From: Minutocellus sp. GHC0000111
Lineage: Eukaryota
Reading direction: 5' to 3'
Length of the DNA: 64,000 nt
NCBI GenBank assembly: GCA_977018835.1
Contig: OZ361256.1
Span: forward strand, 6,138,001-6,202,000
Positions 23,892 to 34,593 of this stretch are shown piece by piece. How positions within the stretch are numbered: the stretch's first letter is position 1; every line of letters begins with the position of its first letter. The notes beneath the pieces are model-generated. The model was not told the DNA's origin and made no database searches. It worked only from the letters and a program-made list of their open reading frames with translations. The translations under genes were made by a program, and so were the position numbers.

Positions 23892-24989
23892 ATGACACGG
23901 CCTGGAGCTGGCAGTGCTATAGACGACTACAACTATGTCGTCAATTCCGAATCATGCACTCAGCGTCAAGACCGCCTCTTGACCATGCGAAGAGAAGAGT
24001 TCGATGCTATGCCGGGTCCTTACCTCCTCACAACTCAACGCCACGGTATGGAACCAAATTGGCGTAGACGAATTGCAGAATGGTCCTTTCAGGTTGTGGA
24101 TTACTATAACTACAGTCGAGAAACGGCAGGAATAGCGATAAGTATCCTCGATCGGTACCTCGCCCGAACATCAATCAACAAGAACGACTTCCAATGCGCG
24201 AGCCTCACCGCCCTCTACATCGCCATCAAATATTGCCAGTCGAGGACTCCCAAGACGGAGAATTTCATCGTACTGGCCGCGGGCAGATTCTCGGCGGAGG
24301 ACGTGGTTGCCATGGAGAAAACCATCTTGGATCGAATAGAGTGGAAACTCAACGTGTCGCTCATGACGGCTCCCATGACATTCGTCCGAGCCATGCTGGC
24401 CTACCTCAAGTCAACGGAGGAGACCATGCAGCAGCTCCTTCAAAGCGTCCAGTATTTGGTAGAACTGGCATCGTGCGACTATTTCTTCTGCTCCCATCGG
24501 CCATCGCATATTGCCCTGGGGTCCATCCTTTGCGTCCTCGACTGTGACGGTAGCAATGCCGTCGCCGTCTCCAATAGTGATCGATCGGCCTGGTCCACCG
24601 AGCTCAAGGATCGCTTCAACATACACGAAGCTAGTGCATCTGCACAAGATTGCAAACGCCGAGTTGGACGGCTGTTTGAACGAGACATCAGAGCTAGGCC
24701 AGGTGATAGTAAGGGTGCCACACGTAGCCAGACCGCCGGTAGCACCAGTGCCGCAAATGGCGCTGGTAGCAGCGACCGCCAATCACCTGCTCCTGCGGAG
24801 GAGAGCAGCGAGGGCAACGCGAATTGCCGTGATCTCCGCAAGCCCTCACCAACAGGAGTTGAAGACGAAATCTCCAATGCTGCTGGTTTGGTATCTACAG
24901 CATCCCTGAATGATCGTGAGAAGGATTCCTCTGGGCCGAAGCCTTCACCGAACGATCGACCCCGAAAGAGGTCTCGCTGCTATGGTTAG
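23892..24989 (+). CDS. Cyclin, diatom-specific (dsCYC-like) type
   Basis: Cyclin box WRRRIAEWSFQVVDYY..SRETAGIAISILDRYL, FQCASLTALYIAIK, MEKTIL..IEWKL; C-terminal cyclin fold (ELA.CDY.F...RPS.IAL). Confidence 0.9.
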   Translation: MTRPGAGSAIDDYNYVVNSESCTQRQDRLLTMRREEFDAMPGPYLLTTQRHGMEPNWRRRIAEWSFQVVDYYNYSRETAGIAISILDRYLARTSINKNDFQCASLTALYIAIKYCQSRTPKTENFIVLAAGRFSAEDVVAMEKTILDRIEWKLNVSLMTAPMTFVRAMLAYLKSTEETMQQLLQSVQYLVELASCDYFFCSHRPSHIALGSILCVLDCDGSNAVAVSNSDRSAWSTELKDRFNIHEASASAQDCKRRVGRLFERDIRARPGDSKGATRSQTAGSTSAANGAGSSDRQSPAPAEESSEGNANCRDLRKPSPTGVEDEISNAAGLVSTASLNDREKDSSGPKPSPNDRPRKRSRCYG

Positions 24990-25106
24990 CCAACTTGGCC
25001 GTCGAGGTACAAGCACCACATTCATTTGTATATAGCCAAAAAGTTTAAGTTTATCTTAGATGAAGTGGTCTAACCCCGTTTCTTTTTATTCGACGAAGGC
25101 GTTTTC

Positions 25107-26770
25107 TTACTCCACCTTGAAGTTCCATCCGTGCTTGTCCTCCATCTCGCCGGACTGGATGCCTCGGACGATGTCATAAAACTTTCGCGTGGTGGTACCA
25201 ACCTCCTCGCTGAACTGGTACTTGGCCTTTACGGTCTCGCCATCTCCCTCGAGTCGCGTTGCGCTGCCAATAGGGGTCACCACCACGGCCGTTCCCACCG
25301 CCAGTACCTCATCGAATCGCTCCATCTCCTCCACGGGAATATCCCTTCGCTCCACCTCAAAGCCCTCATCGGCGGCAATCTGCATCAAGCTCTTGTTGGT
25401 AATACTCGGCAGAACACTGGGACTCTTGGGCGTCACGTACTTCTTTGCATCGTTGTCAATACCGACAAAGTTGCTGGTGGAGAACTCCTCCACGTTGGTC
25501 TGCGTCTGTGCGTCGAGATACAGTCCAATGGGATATCCCTTCTTCTTGCCCAGCATGTTGGGGAGGAGGTCGGCGGCGTAGTTTCCAGCGACCTTGACAC
25601 TGCCGACGCCACGGGGGGCGGCACGGTCAAAGTCCTCAATGATGAGAGCATCGCAGGGCGAGGCCAGGCCGCCCTTGTAGTAGTCCCCGACGGGAATGAC
25701 CAGGATGATGAGGGTGTACTCGTCGGCGGGTTGGAGGCCGATGCGGGGTCCAGATCCAAAGAGGAGGGGACGGAGGTACAGAGCACCGCCGGAACCGTAG
25801 GGAGGGACGTAGGCCATGTTGTCCTTGACGACGTCTTTGCATGCCTGGATGAACACATCGTGGGGGACGGGGGGCATCATTAATCGCTCGCACGATGATT
25901 GGAGTCTGCAATATGGTAGGGTGAAGGGAAGAGAAGGTGAGCGACGAGGGGCATTCGCTAACGGTAATGAATTCAGAACGTCCAACCACCGAAGTCATTT
26001 TTTGCTCCAGTAAAAATCCTTGGCATTGTACTAGACCTAGCCACCCCCACAGCAGCTTCTTCGCTATCCTTCACACATCAACTAAATCACCTTCATCTTG
26101 TAAATCTCATCCATCAACCTCCAACCAGCTCCATCCTCGGAATGATCGATCACAAGCGCCAATGTAAACTTCCGACGATTTCTTATTTGTATCCAAAGAC
26201 ACATGCTTCGAAGTATTCCAACTCCTTGCTTGCTTCTCTGCACCATATTTCCAACTTCATCAATTCTTCCGATAACATATATTTCCAAACGCGAAAGCAA
26301 AATAAAAATCAGCACAAAACGAACTATGCGAAAACCAAACTGAAAACTCACCGCTTGGCATTCTCGTCGGGTCGGAAGATGTGCACGCTATCGTCCTCGT
26401 GAGCGAACGCCTTGAGTCCCTCGAAGCAGCTCTGTCCGTAATGGAACGCGGTGGCACCAATGTGCAGATTGACGTAGGGACTGTCGACCAATTCTGCGGC
26501 ACCCCAACCCTTTTCTTCGGTCCAGGTCATCTTGAGATGAGATTTTGTGGGACGGAATTCGAACCCCAGGTCGGACCAGGCCACGTCAATTTCGGCCGTG
26601 CCGGGTTTGGCGACGGCGGATACCTCGGTGGTGGACATGAAGAGCGGCTGGTTGGTCGTCGGGGCCGCACGTGCCGCCGAAGAAGTTGCCGAAGAGGGGA
26701 CGAAGGCATATGCCGCCGGGCTGCCGCAAAGGGCAACGATGGCCGCCGCGGGTATCAGTTGGAACTTCAT
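25107..26770 (-). CDS. BCAT: Branched-chain amino acid aminotransferase, plastid-targeted, 2 exons
   Basis: FHYGQSCFEGLKAF, IFRPDENAKR, LYLRP, KVAGNY (PLP lysine), EEFSTSN, LPSITNKSL, GTAVVVTP. Signal peptide plus AYA-FVP plastid motif. Intron ~25906-26351. Confidence 0.95.
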
Positions 26771-27910
26771 AATCTTATTGTGTTATATGGCAAATTATAT
26801 ATACACGCAAGTCGTTGCTTCTACTCTGCAGGTATCAGCGGCCGATGGGGATCAGCTACAAGAAGTGCCGCTCTCGCTTGCTCCGTTCGTCATCGTCAGC
26901 CAAGAAAAAGGCCGAGGCAGCTGGTGCCGGGATTAGACTTGCGCTCATAACCCATAATTCTAACTGGTCCCGTATTTGCCGTATGTCTTTTGCCATCCAC
27001 GGCATTTTCCAGGGAGCGGTGAGTTTGCAAGGGCTGCTTTGCCTTGCCGGCCGCGGTTGCTGGGGAGAGAGTGGGGCGGATACCCGCCGCAAGCAGGAAA
27101 TGTGCATGCGACACGTTTTGTTCGGCCATTGGAATCGATCGTGGAGAAGCCCCGCCGCGCGTATCTGCGGCGATTTATGGCCGGGCCAGGTCGGACCGGG
27201 GAACGAGGTCCCGCCGGTCAGGCCCATTGCGCGCCGGCCGACCATACAAAATTACATAGTGTCGAAAAGCTTGGTCCGAGGCTCTGGAAGAACCAAAAAC
27301 TGCTGGAGGAGAGATGAGAACGTGTCGTGGTGACGCGACGGCACTGGCGAGAGGTTGGTCTTGGTAACTTGGAGATACCCAGGATATGCTGATACATACA
27401 AATTGAAGAGGTTGAGCATATACATGGTTTATGATGGGAAGCGACCGATTTTCATTGCTTGGGACTGGGAGCTTGAAAAACCGGCCGTTTACATCCGCAC
27501 CGCACCTACTGCTGCCTGCTGCCAAGACCACGTAGGCAGGACCGACCGAACGGATGACCTATGAAAGCTATCACGCAAGGGAGAAAAGGAAAGGGAAATT
27601 TCGGCGGTTACAGGCCACTGTTTTCAATGGCAAACGCACGTATCTTGATTTTTTCAATTTTCTCACACGTCATGTGCTTGTTTTTCCCTCCTTTCACTTT
27701 CATCCCCATGCGCTCGTCGTCTTGGACGGACAACAGTCGCCTGCTACCCTCCACCTCTTCACACAACAAAGCATCGATTCACATCGTTTCGCTACGTGAT
27801 ACCTGTACTTGGAACTACTGTGACAAATAAATAGACCGTGTATATCTTGGTTGCATTGCATTTGATTTGATTTGATTATTTTGGGACAACAAAAATACAT
27901 ACAAGCCAAT

Positions 27911-29022
27911 ATGAATATGATCCGCCAAACGTCGGGCCAGAATGCCAACTCGGGTGCCCCGGATGAATCCTGGATCGATGGCATCATTGACACCCTCCTG
28001 TCTGCCCGGAACAAGAAGCCCGGCACGCCCGTCGAGATCTCCGTCCAGGATGCCACGGCCCTGTGCAACCAAAGTCGGGAGGTTCTGCTCAGTCAGCCCA
28101 TGCTCCTCGAGCTCGGTGCTCCCATCAAAATTTGCGGTGACGTCCATGGACAGTACACAGACCTCCTCCGTCTGTTTGAGTACGGTGGATTCCCCCCCGA
28201 GGCCAATTACCTGTTCCTCGGCGACTACGTCGACCGTGGCAAGCAATCCCTCGAGGTCGTGTGCCTCCTCTTCGCCTACAAGATCAAGTATCCTGAGAAC
28301 TTCTTTATCCTCCGCGGCAACCACGAGTGCGCCGGCATCAACCGCATCTACGGCTTCTACGACGAGTGCCGCCGCCGCTTCTCCGTCAAGCTTTGGAAGG
28401 CCTTCTGCAACACCTTCAACTGCCTCCCCTGCTGCGCCGTCATCGACGACAAGATCATCTGCATGCACGGCGGCCTCAGCCCCGAGCTCAGCCAGATGGA
28501 GCAGATTGCCAACATCGCCCGTCCCTGCGACGTTCCCGACACCGGCCTGCTGTGCGACATCCTCTGGGCCGATCCCGACCCGTCCATCACCGGTTGGGGC
28601 GAGAACGACCGTGGCGTCTCCTTCACCTTTGGTGGTGACGTCGTGAGGCAGTTCCTCCGTCGGCACGACCTCGACCTCGTCGTTCGTGCCCATCAGGTCG
28701 TCGAGGATGGTTATGAGGTACGTGTCGCATGAATTTATTGAACTTACATTATTTATATCATTTATTTACACATATTTGAATTGGTAGCGAATCTCACCAC
28801 TTTCGTACATTCCTCTCTTCCCCTTCACTTTGTCAGTTCTTCGCTGGTCGTGAGCTCGTCACCGTCTTCTCCGCCCCCAACTACTGCGGTGAGTTCGACA
28901 ACGCCGGCGCCATGATGACCGTCGACGACACCCTCATGTGCTCCTTCCAGATTTTGAAGCCCGCCAGCGCCAGCCAGCAGCGGGGCGGATACGGCCGGCC
29001 CGGCACCCCGAACCGAAGATAA
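27911..29022 (+). CDS. PP1: Serine/threonine protein phosphatase 1 catalytic subunit, 2 exons
   Basis: [57 protein letters not shown]. Intron 28718-28836. C-terminal TP site (GTPNRR). Confidence 0.97.
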
Positions 29023-29483
29023 GAACATCTGATCTGATTCACAAAGGATGACGAAAAATGTCGATATTTGAATTGACACAGCCAGTCATAAAGAGCATCA
29101 CAGCCCTCGCCCTCCTGTCACAGTAGGTCAGTAACCTTGTCAATAAAGGCATTGGTTGTGTACGACGAGATTGTTGGCGTGTAGATGCGAATGCACCGGT
29201 AAGATCTATAGGACGAATGAGATTTGGATGTGGAATGATATCGGAAAAAGATTGGCTTGAGTAGGTCTGTTGCAGGCAAAACATATCCTGAACAGCAATG
29301 GGAAGCGTCACTTGCTGCATATAAACTAGGTATTGTGATGAAAAACGCAAATCAGAACTACCGGCAGTGCATGTAGTGGGACATCTCACTTTTACTCTAG
29401 CTACGTAGGCCTAGGTAGTTGCGGTCCCGCCCGTGTGAAGTGAGACTTTGAACTCCAACATCATAATTTTGGCGCTAGCATTA

Positions 29484-31106
29484 TCACTCTTCCTCATCTT
29501 TCTTGATGATTCGACTTGCATCTATTGGTATGTATCCACGGCCACCAGAGTGGTTGCAGAAGCCATAGAATTGATCTGGGTCAAATTTACCCTCGCCCTT
29601 TCTCCCCTCCACCTCGGCCCGTACTCGGAACCACTCATGGTGAAGCTTCCGACACAGCCTATGCTGGAGCATATCCTGACTATGAGGCAGACACGACCAC
29701 GGCTTCTGGCACAGCGTGAAGTGAGCAGTGTATATCTCTTCAACGTCAATCTCTCGACAATCCTCGCAGTCATCTCGTCCATCGCGGCAGTTGCCGCTCA
29801 CTTTGTCATTTACAGTCTTTTGGTCGCGAGGATTGTCGGCCATGGTATTGTAGTAGCACCGATTCAACTCCACGGCTGTATTGGGATGAAGCGCATCGTA
29901 GAAGTAGGGAACAATGCCCTGGAAGGTCAAGCTACCATAGAAGGGTCCGAAGCCGAGGCCGCCCCATCCCTTGCCTTCCACAAAGTTGCCCTCCCGTATA
30001 ATCTTTTCATATTCGTGGAATGGCTCCATTCCAGTACGAATGACGAGGAAGCCACCCTGAACGCCCACATGCTTCTTCCCGGCCTTGACCATGTTGTAAT
30101 CTCGTGTAAAGAAGGCATCGACCTTTGGTGGCAGGGGCTTATCGAACATGATGGACAACCTCTTCTCAATCTCCTTGGGGGCATTGGGCTCCTCATTGAG
30201 ATCACTCAGTATGACATCGAACAAATCGTCCATCGGTTTCATTACAATGGTATCCAAATCCAAATGTACGACAACGGGATGCTTCAATATGGTGTAGGCA
30301 TGGAGCTTGATGTATTCCTTCTCGCCGCAGCAACCATTGTCCACGACCTTGGTCCGCAAGAAATCACCCTTGATTTCGTCGACGGGAACGGGCACATCTC
30401 GTATCAGAAGATCGTAGCCGATGTCAAACAACGGTCCGGCGCAATCAATGGCGTCCGGATGCACGATCGCGTACATTTTGTACCCATATCTCGACCCGCT
30501 CTCCGGGTTGGCATGGGAGTTGAGGTGGATGGAATGCTTGAGAACGGCAGCACCGTCAATGAGCGGGTCGTCGGTCCCCTTTGGACAGCCGGTGAGGGAT
30601 ATTACGTATCCCACGTTCCATTTCGGCGGCGCCGGAGTCGGTGGCTTGTACGGCCGAGGCTTGCGTTTGGGTTTGTTGTGGTTGACGGTCCGCGGCGGAC
30701 GGTTCTTCTTCATTTCGGCAAGCCGTTCCGTCAGTGTTTTGGCGTCGAGTTTTGGCTCGCCCGCTGCGCCCTTGTTGTTCTGGTCCAGAGTTGTGTGCCG
30801 TTCTTCGTCCGATCCGCTTTTCTCATCGTCACTCCGCCGCTTTTCTTCCTTCGCCGCGGCAGTCTTTGCTGCTGCCGAGGTGTCTACCACAACCTCGACC
30901 CTGGCCTTGCTGGGCAGCGCATGTGACTGCACCCCCACAGCGTCGGGTAGACTGAACAGGAAGGCATATGCCGATATGAGAAGGACGGCCGAGAGCATGA
31001 TCAAGCACAGCGCAATGTTATGCGCTGCTTTCGTGGAACTTATTTTCTGAAAAGACGATTGTCGTGATTGCCGCGACGAACGCAGCGGGGCTCTGGGTCG
31101 GGCCAT
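29484..31106 (-). CDS. Glycosyltransferase family 8 (glycogenin-like), type II membrane
   Basis: N-terminal TM; KLHAYT...VVVHLDLDT (DxD), QGGFLVI, QG, HFTLCQKPW. Confidence 0.85.
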   Translation of the reverse strand: MARPRAPLRSSRQSRQSSFQKISSTKAAHNIALCLIMLSAVLLISAYAFLFSLPDAVGVQSHALPSKARVEVVVDTSAAAKTAAAKEEKRRSDDEKSGSDEERHTTLDQNNKGAAGEPKLDAKTLTERLAEMKKNRPPRTVNHNKPKRKPRPYKPPTPAPPKWNVGYVISLTGCPKGTDDPLIDGAAVLKHSIHLNSHANPESGSRYGYKMYAIVHPDAIDCAGPLFDIGYDLLIRDVPVPVDEIKGDFLRTKVVDNGCCGEKEYIKLHAYTILKHPVVVHLDLDTIVMKPMDDLFDVILSDLNEEPNAPKEIEKRLSIMFDKPLPPKVDAFFTRDYNMVKAGKKHVGVQGGFLVIRTGMEPFHEYEKIIREGNFVEGKGWGGLGFGPFYGSLTFQGIVPYFYDALHPNTAVELNRCYYNTMADNPRDQKTVNDKVSGNCRDGRDDCEDCREIDVEEIYTAHFTLCQKPWSCLPHSQDMLQHRLCRKLHHEWFRVRAEVEGRKGEGKFDPDQFYGFCNHSGGRGYIPIDASRIIKKDEEE

Positions 31107-31757
31107 CCTTGTGACACGAGTTGAGTGGCTTGCAGAGATGAAAAATGAAATGTGATCCGACGAAGACCCGGGCGGGCGTGAAAAGGAGCACGTGATTTGG
31201 CACTTTATCGAAACGCCGCTGCGAAGGATCGCAAAAGAATGAACGCTATCCTCTAGCTAAGAGGTTGGAGGAAACAAATGCCCCGATGGTATCTCTTGGG
31301 CTGGTGGTGGTTGGCAAAAATGAGCAAACAAGCAAAAACCAAAACCCTGGAGTTACAGAAAATACCAAAGCCCCCAAAATATTTCTCGGGGCATTGGTCA
31401 AATCTTCAAATTAGACGGCGGGACAGCGGGACTTTCCGACGCTCGGCGATGTTGGGAGTTCTCTCATCTGACGTAGCCATGGTCTGACGTGGCCGTGGGT
31501 GTAAGAAGTGAAGCCTTTCGATTTCTGATCTCGTACACAACAAAACGATGAAATCTCTTTCTTGAGAAAGAACGGCCTTCTGAGAACACTAGTACTTTCA
31601 CAGCCGGGAGGCCAACACAAGCCCGTTGCTTTCCTGCGAGGGCCAACATGTTCTTCGAGAGGAGACGACATCATCCCCCATTACGTCCGCATTATCTGTC
31701 CAACTCTTTCCACCCCATCATCACATAACTGCACGCCCAAACAATACATAGAGCACA

Positions 31758-32795
31758 ATGAAACCCAGAAGATCTTCTCTGACTGCATCGCCCATGAGCA
31801 GCATCCATGCTTGCGATGGCATTGCCAGCAGCCCTGCCGACATTGACGACCGTGCGCGCATCCTCCAGCAGAGCGCAGGCCGGCACAGGCGTGATTCCCT
31901 ACTTTGTGCGAGTTCCAGGGCCATTCGGAAAACGGTGGCTGCTCTCGACGAAGAGATTGTAAAGCTTCCAGCACCATCGGCACGAGACATGTCGCATCGA
32001 CGACGCAGTTCCGTTTCTTCCACGTCCTCGTCAACGTCCGACGATGGCGAACTTCTGGAGGACTTTCCGACCACCAGCAGCGCAGCACAAGGAACAGCAG
32101 GCTCTCGATCAACGCAAGCTGGTCGTATAACACCATCTGACGTGGCCGAGCACGACGAGGATGACGACGCATCGTCTCTCTCGTCTTCGCCAACCAGCAC
32201 CGTCGTCGATCTTCAAGAGTGTGTTGCCCGGAATCAGCATCAGCCGAAGAAGCCCAAGCTCAAGTCTTGCCTGTCCAACTCCGATATTACGAACAGCGCC
32301 AATAGGCCTTCCAGTTCTACCACGGCAAGAAGAAAGTCGGTGGTGTTTGCACCCTCGGCTACGTGCACGATCGTCCCGTACAAGACCGACGAGGAGCTCT
32401 TCGCCGCCTGGTACACGCCAGAGGAACGCACCGAGCTGCAAAAGCAGGCCCGCCGCGCCGTCAAGCTCCGGCGCAAGTCCATCTCCGAGGGCGAGCTGAA
32501 CCGCACCCACGGCGAGTCCGGCCGCGGCGTCGAGCACTACGGCAACAAGGCGCTCTTGCAAAAGCTCAAGCAGCAGCAGGACGACGTCATTGACGCGGTG
32601 CTGCTCCTTCAGCAGCATTGGCGCGCCAAGGGCCTGCCCTTTAATGCCAAGGAGCTGGCCTACACCAGCTACACCCTCAGCTCCATGGCGCGAGATCGGG
32701 CCTACCTCTACGGGGCCGAGGATGCCGCCGCCGCCAAGACCGCCGCCGGTTCCATCCGTGGCATTGCTATGCGCCGGAGCAAGTCGCTTTCGTAA
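31758..32795 (+). CDS. Diatom-type hypothetical protein (KSV.F...WY..EE...RG(L/V)E family)
   Basis: LKSCL, RKSVVFAP, WYTPEE, RGVEHY, IDAVLLLQQ, S..ARDRAY..G.EDA. Same architecture as the partial gene at 63629-64000. Confidence 0.75.
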   Translation: MKPRRSSLTASPMSSIHACDGIASSPADIDDRARILQQSAGRHRRDSLLCASSRAIRKTVAALDEEIVKLPAPSARDMSHRRRSSVSSTSSSTSDDGELLEDFPTTSSAAQGTAGSRSTQAGRITPSDVAEHDEDDDASSLSSSPTSTVVDLQECVARNQHQPKKPKLKSCLSNSDITNSANRPSSSTTARRKSVVFAPSATCTIVPYKTDEELFAAWYTPEERTELQKQARRAVKLRRKSISEGELNRTHGESGRGVEHYGNKALLQKLKQQQDDVIDAVLLLQQHWRAKGLPFNAKELAYTSYTLSSMARDRAYLYGAEDAAAAKTAAGSIRGIAMRRSKSLS

Positions 32796-33163
32796 CTCGA
32801 TCTGATACTGACGCTGACAACACCATCCAAATCAAGAAGAATACCACACATTCTGGTTGCTATCTCTCCCCTTATCCAATGTAAAGTACTGTAGATTGAC
32901 AATATTGGGCTGACAACCATGCCCAAAGAAAGACCTGGATACGAGAAAAAAGAGAGGCAATGTCAATGAAGAAACTTTGTAAAAATAGACACAACAACGC
33001 TAACTTAATAACTCTATATGATACTATGCTCCAGATCATAAAAAATGAAAACTGCCTCCTGCTGTGCATATTGTTCTGGCAAGCGGTACATGTTATTCGG
33101 TCTCCTGCTGTGCATATTTTTCCGGCGCGAGCTAGCTATCCTGGCGTTTCGCCGCACGTGAGA

Positions 33164-34282
33164 TCAGCCCAAAATATCATCTACATTCTCCAATAGATCG
33201 ATGCCCTCTCTCTGCAAGAAGCTGCCCTTTCGACGAAAGTTTCCAAATACTCTCGAGCCAACGATGAACAAAAGTGAGCCACCGCCGCTTGTCCGATTCT
33301 CATGGCCAGTAGATCCATCTCTTTTGGTAAAACTCTGATGCACCGACCCCACTGGATTCAGCTCTATCTGCCCCCTGCATATCGACCGTTCTGTAAATGC
33401 GCCCCTTTCACCACAATCTGGGAACGTAATGCGGCTGGAGATATCGTTTGTAATGGTTGCGATCTCCTCTGGGGTTGGTTGAGTTGTAAAAAGTCCCCCC
33501 ATTCCTCCAACTTCCATATCGGCACTTCGACACAGTGTGTCTTTTGGCAGTATGACCTCCATGGCACGTCGTTCATGCATGCTGCCCACAAGCGGAACAA
33601 ACACTTCTATTGCAGGATGAACATGTAGATTCAAGCAACATCCTGGTGGTATGGCCGCCAGATACATGCTCAGGGGATGCGAATTGCTTTGAGCACAAGT
33701 CAAAACTTGATCCAAATCATTTTGCGGCAGAATGGACAACAATGCATATCGCCATTCGAAATCAAATTTAGTTCGATCGGCTTCCGTTGGAAATAACACG
33801 GGTGCATGAAATCCTGTATACATGGCGTCAAAATGCTCTTGGATGAGAAGAGATGGGGATATGGTCATAATGTCGGAGGAAAATTTGCCATCCTCATTTG
33901 TTGAGGCGCCGAGCCAGGTGGGTTCCGATCGTTCTACTTTGGTTAGTGATGATAACCAGCTGTGTATGGCATCGATATGTGATTCGTAGGGCGATGTGTC
34001 GATACGAAGCGATGAAGATTTTGGTATGTTACCGCCGGTGGCATCGTCATCTTGCGTGTAGGAAAGAGATGAGTACGATCTTTCTCGTCTACGAACAAGA
34101 GTTCTCATCGTTCGATGATGCCCATTCCAACACTTTCTGTGCCGAAATTTAATATGCCGATTTTGCAGTCTGGATCCACGAGAGGATATGCAGTACTCAG
34201 GAACAAAACCAACCGCATTATGTGAAACAATGGCAACAAGGAGAGTTGCCAATGCGGCCGAGTTCTTCTTTCGGGGCTTCAT
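33164..34282 (-). CDS. Hypothetical secreted/plastid cupin-fold protein
   Basis: Signal-like ALATLLVAIVSHNAVG-F. Cupin motif 1 IPPG..LNLHVHPAIE and motif 2 NPVGSVHQSFT, separated by an insertion. Confidence 0.6.
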   Translation of the reverse strand: MKPRKKNSAALATLLVAIVSHNAVGFVPEYCISSRGSRLQNRHIKFRHRKCWNGHHRTMRTLVRRRERSYSSLSYTQDDDATGGNIPKSSSLRIDTSPYESHIDAIHSWLSSLTKVERSEPTWLGASTNEDGKFSSDIMTISPSLLIQEHFDAMYTGFHAPVLFPTEADRTKFDFEWRYALLSILPQNDLDQVLTCAQSNSHPLSMYLAAIPPGCCLNLHVHPAIEVFVPLVGSMHERRAMEVILPKDTLCRSADMEVGGMGGLFTTQPTPEEIATITNDISSRITFPDCGERGAFTERSICRGQIELNPVGSVHQSFTKRDGSTGHENRTSGGGSLLFIVGSRVFGNFRRKGSFLQREGIDLLENVDDILG

Positions 34283-34317
34283 CTTTTGGCGGTACGTAGC
34301 TTTTGACGGGTTCTGCC

Positions 34318-34429
34318 CAAGAGCACATAACAAATAACAGGGTGGTCCACGCGCGCGTTTTTGCGCTCACCATGTTCGGCACTCTTTTTTTGGGGTGAAT
34401 GTGGAATCCGTTAATTCTGGCCCAAGCGC
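34318..34429 (+). repeat. Left terminal inverted repeat of the transposon
   Basis: CAAGAGCACATAACAAATAACAGGGTGGT...CACCATGTTCGGCACTCTTTTTTTGGGGTGA...TTCTGGCCCAAGCGC; reverse complement of 39772-39891. Confidence 0.9.
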
Positions 34430-34593
34430 CTTGCGCGCGCGCACATCGAAAATTCCAACCCTCCTTTGCGCGCACGCGCCACGCGTCGGAACTTGCCCTC
34501 CATTGTACTTATTGGCCGGCATCGGTTCTTCTTTTCGCGAGCATCGACCGCGGATGCACATCACCTGTCGTGCACCCTTTGGTTGCCGCGGTC

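Noticed and set aside
25970..26265. Box C/D snoRNA in the BCAT intron
   Set aside because: TGATGA and the nearest downstream CTGA on the minus strand are ~290 nt apart, with no terminal stem.
29448..30926. 492-aa plus-strand ORF
   Set aside because: Antisense shadow of the GT8 gene.
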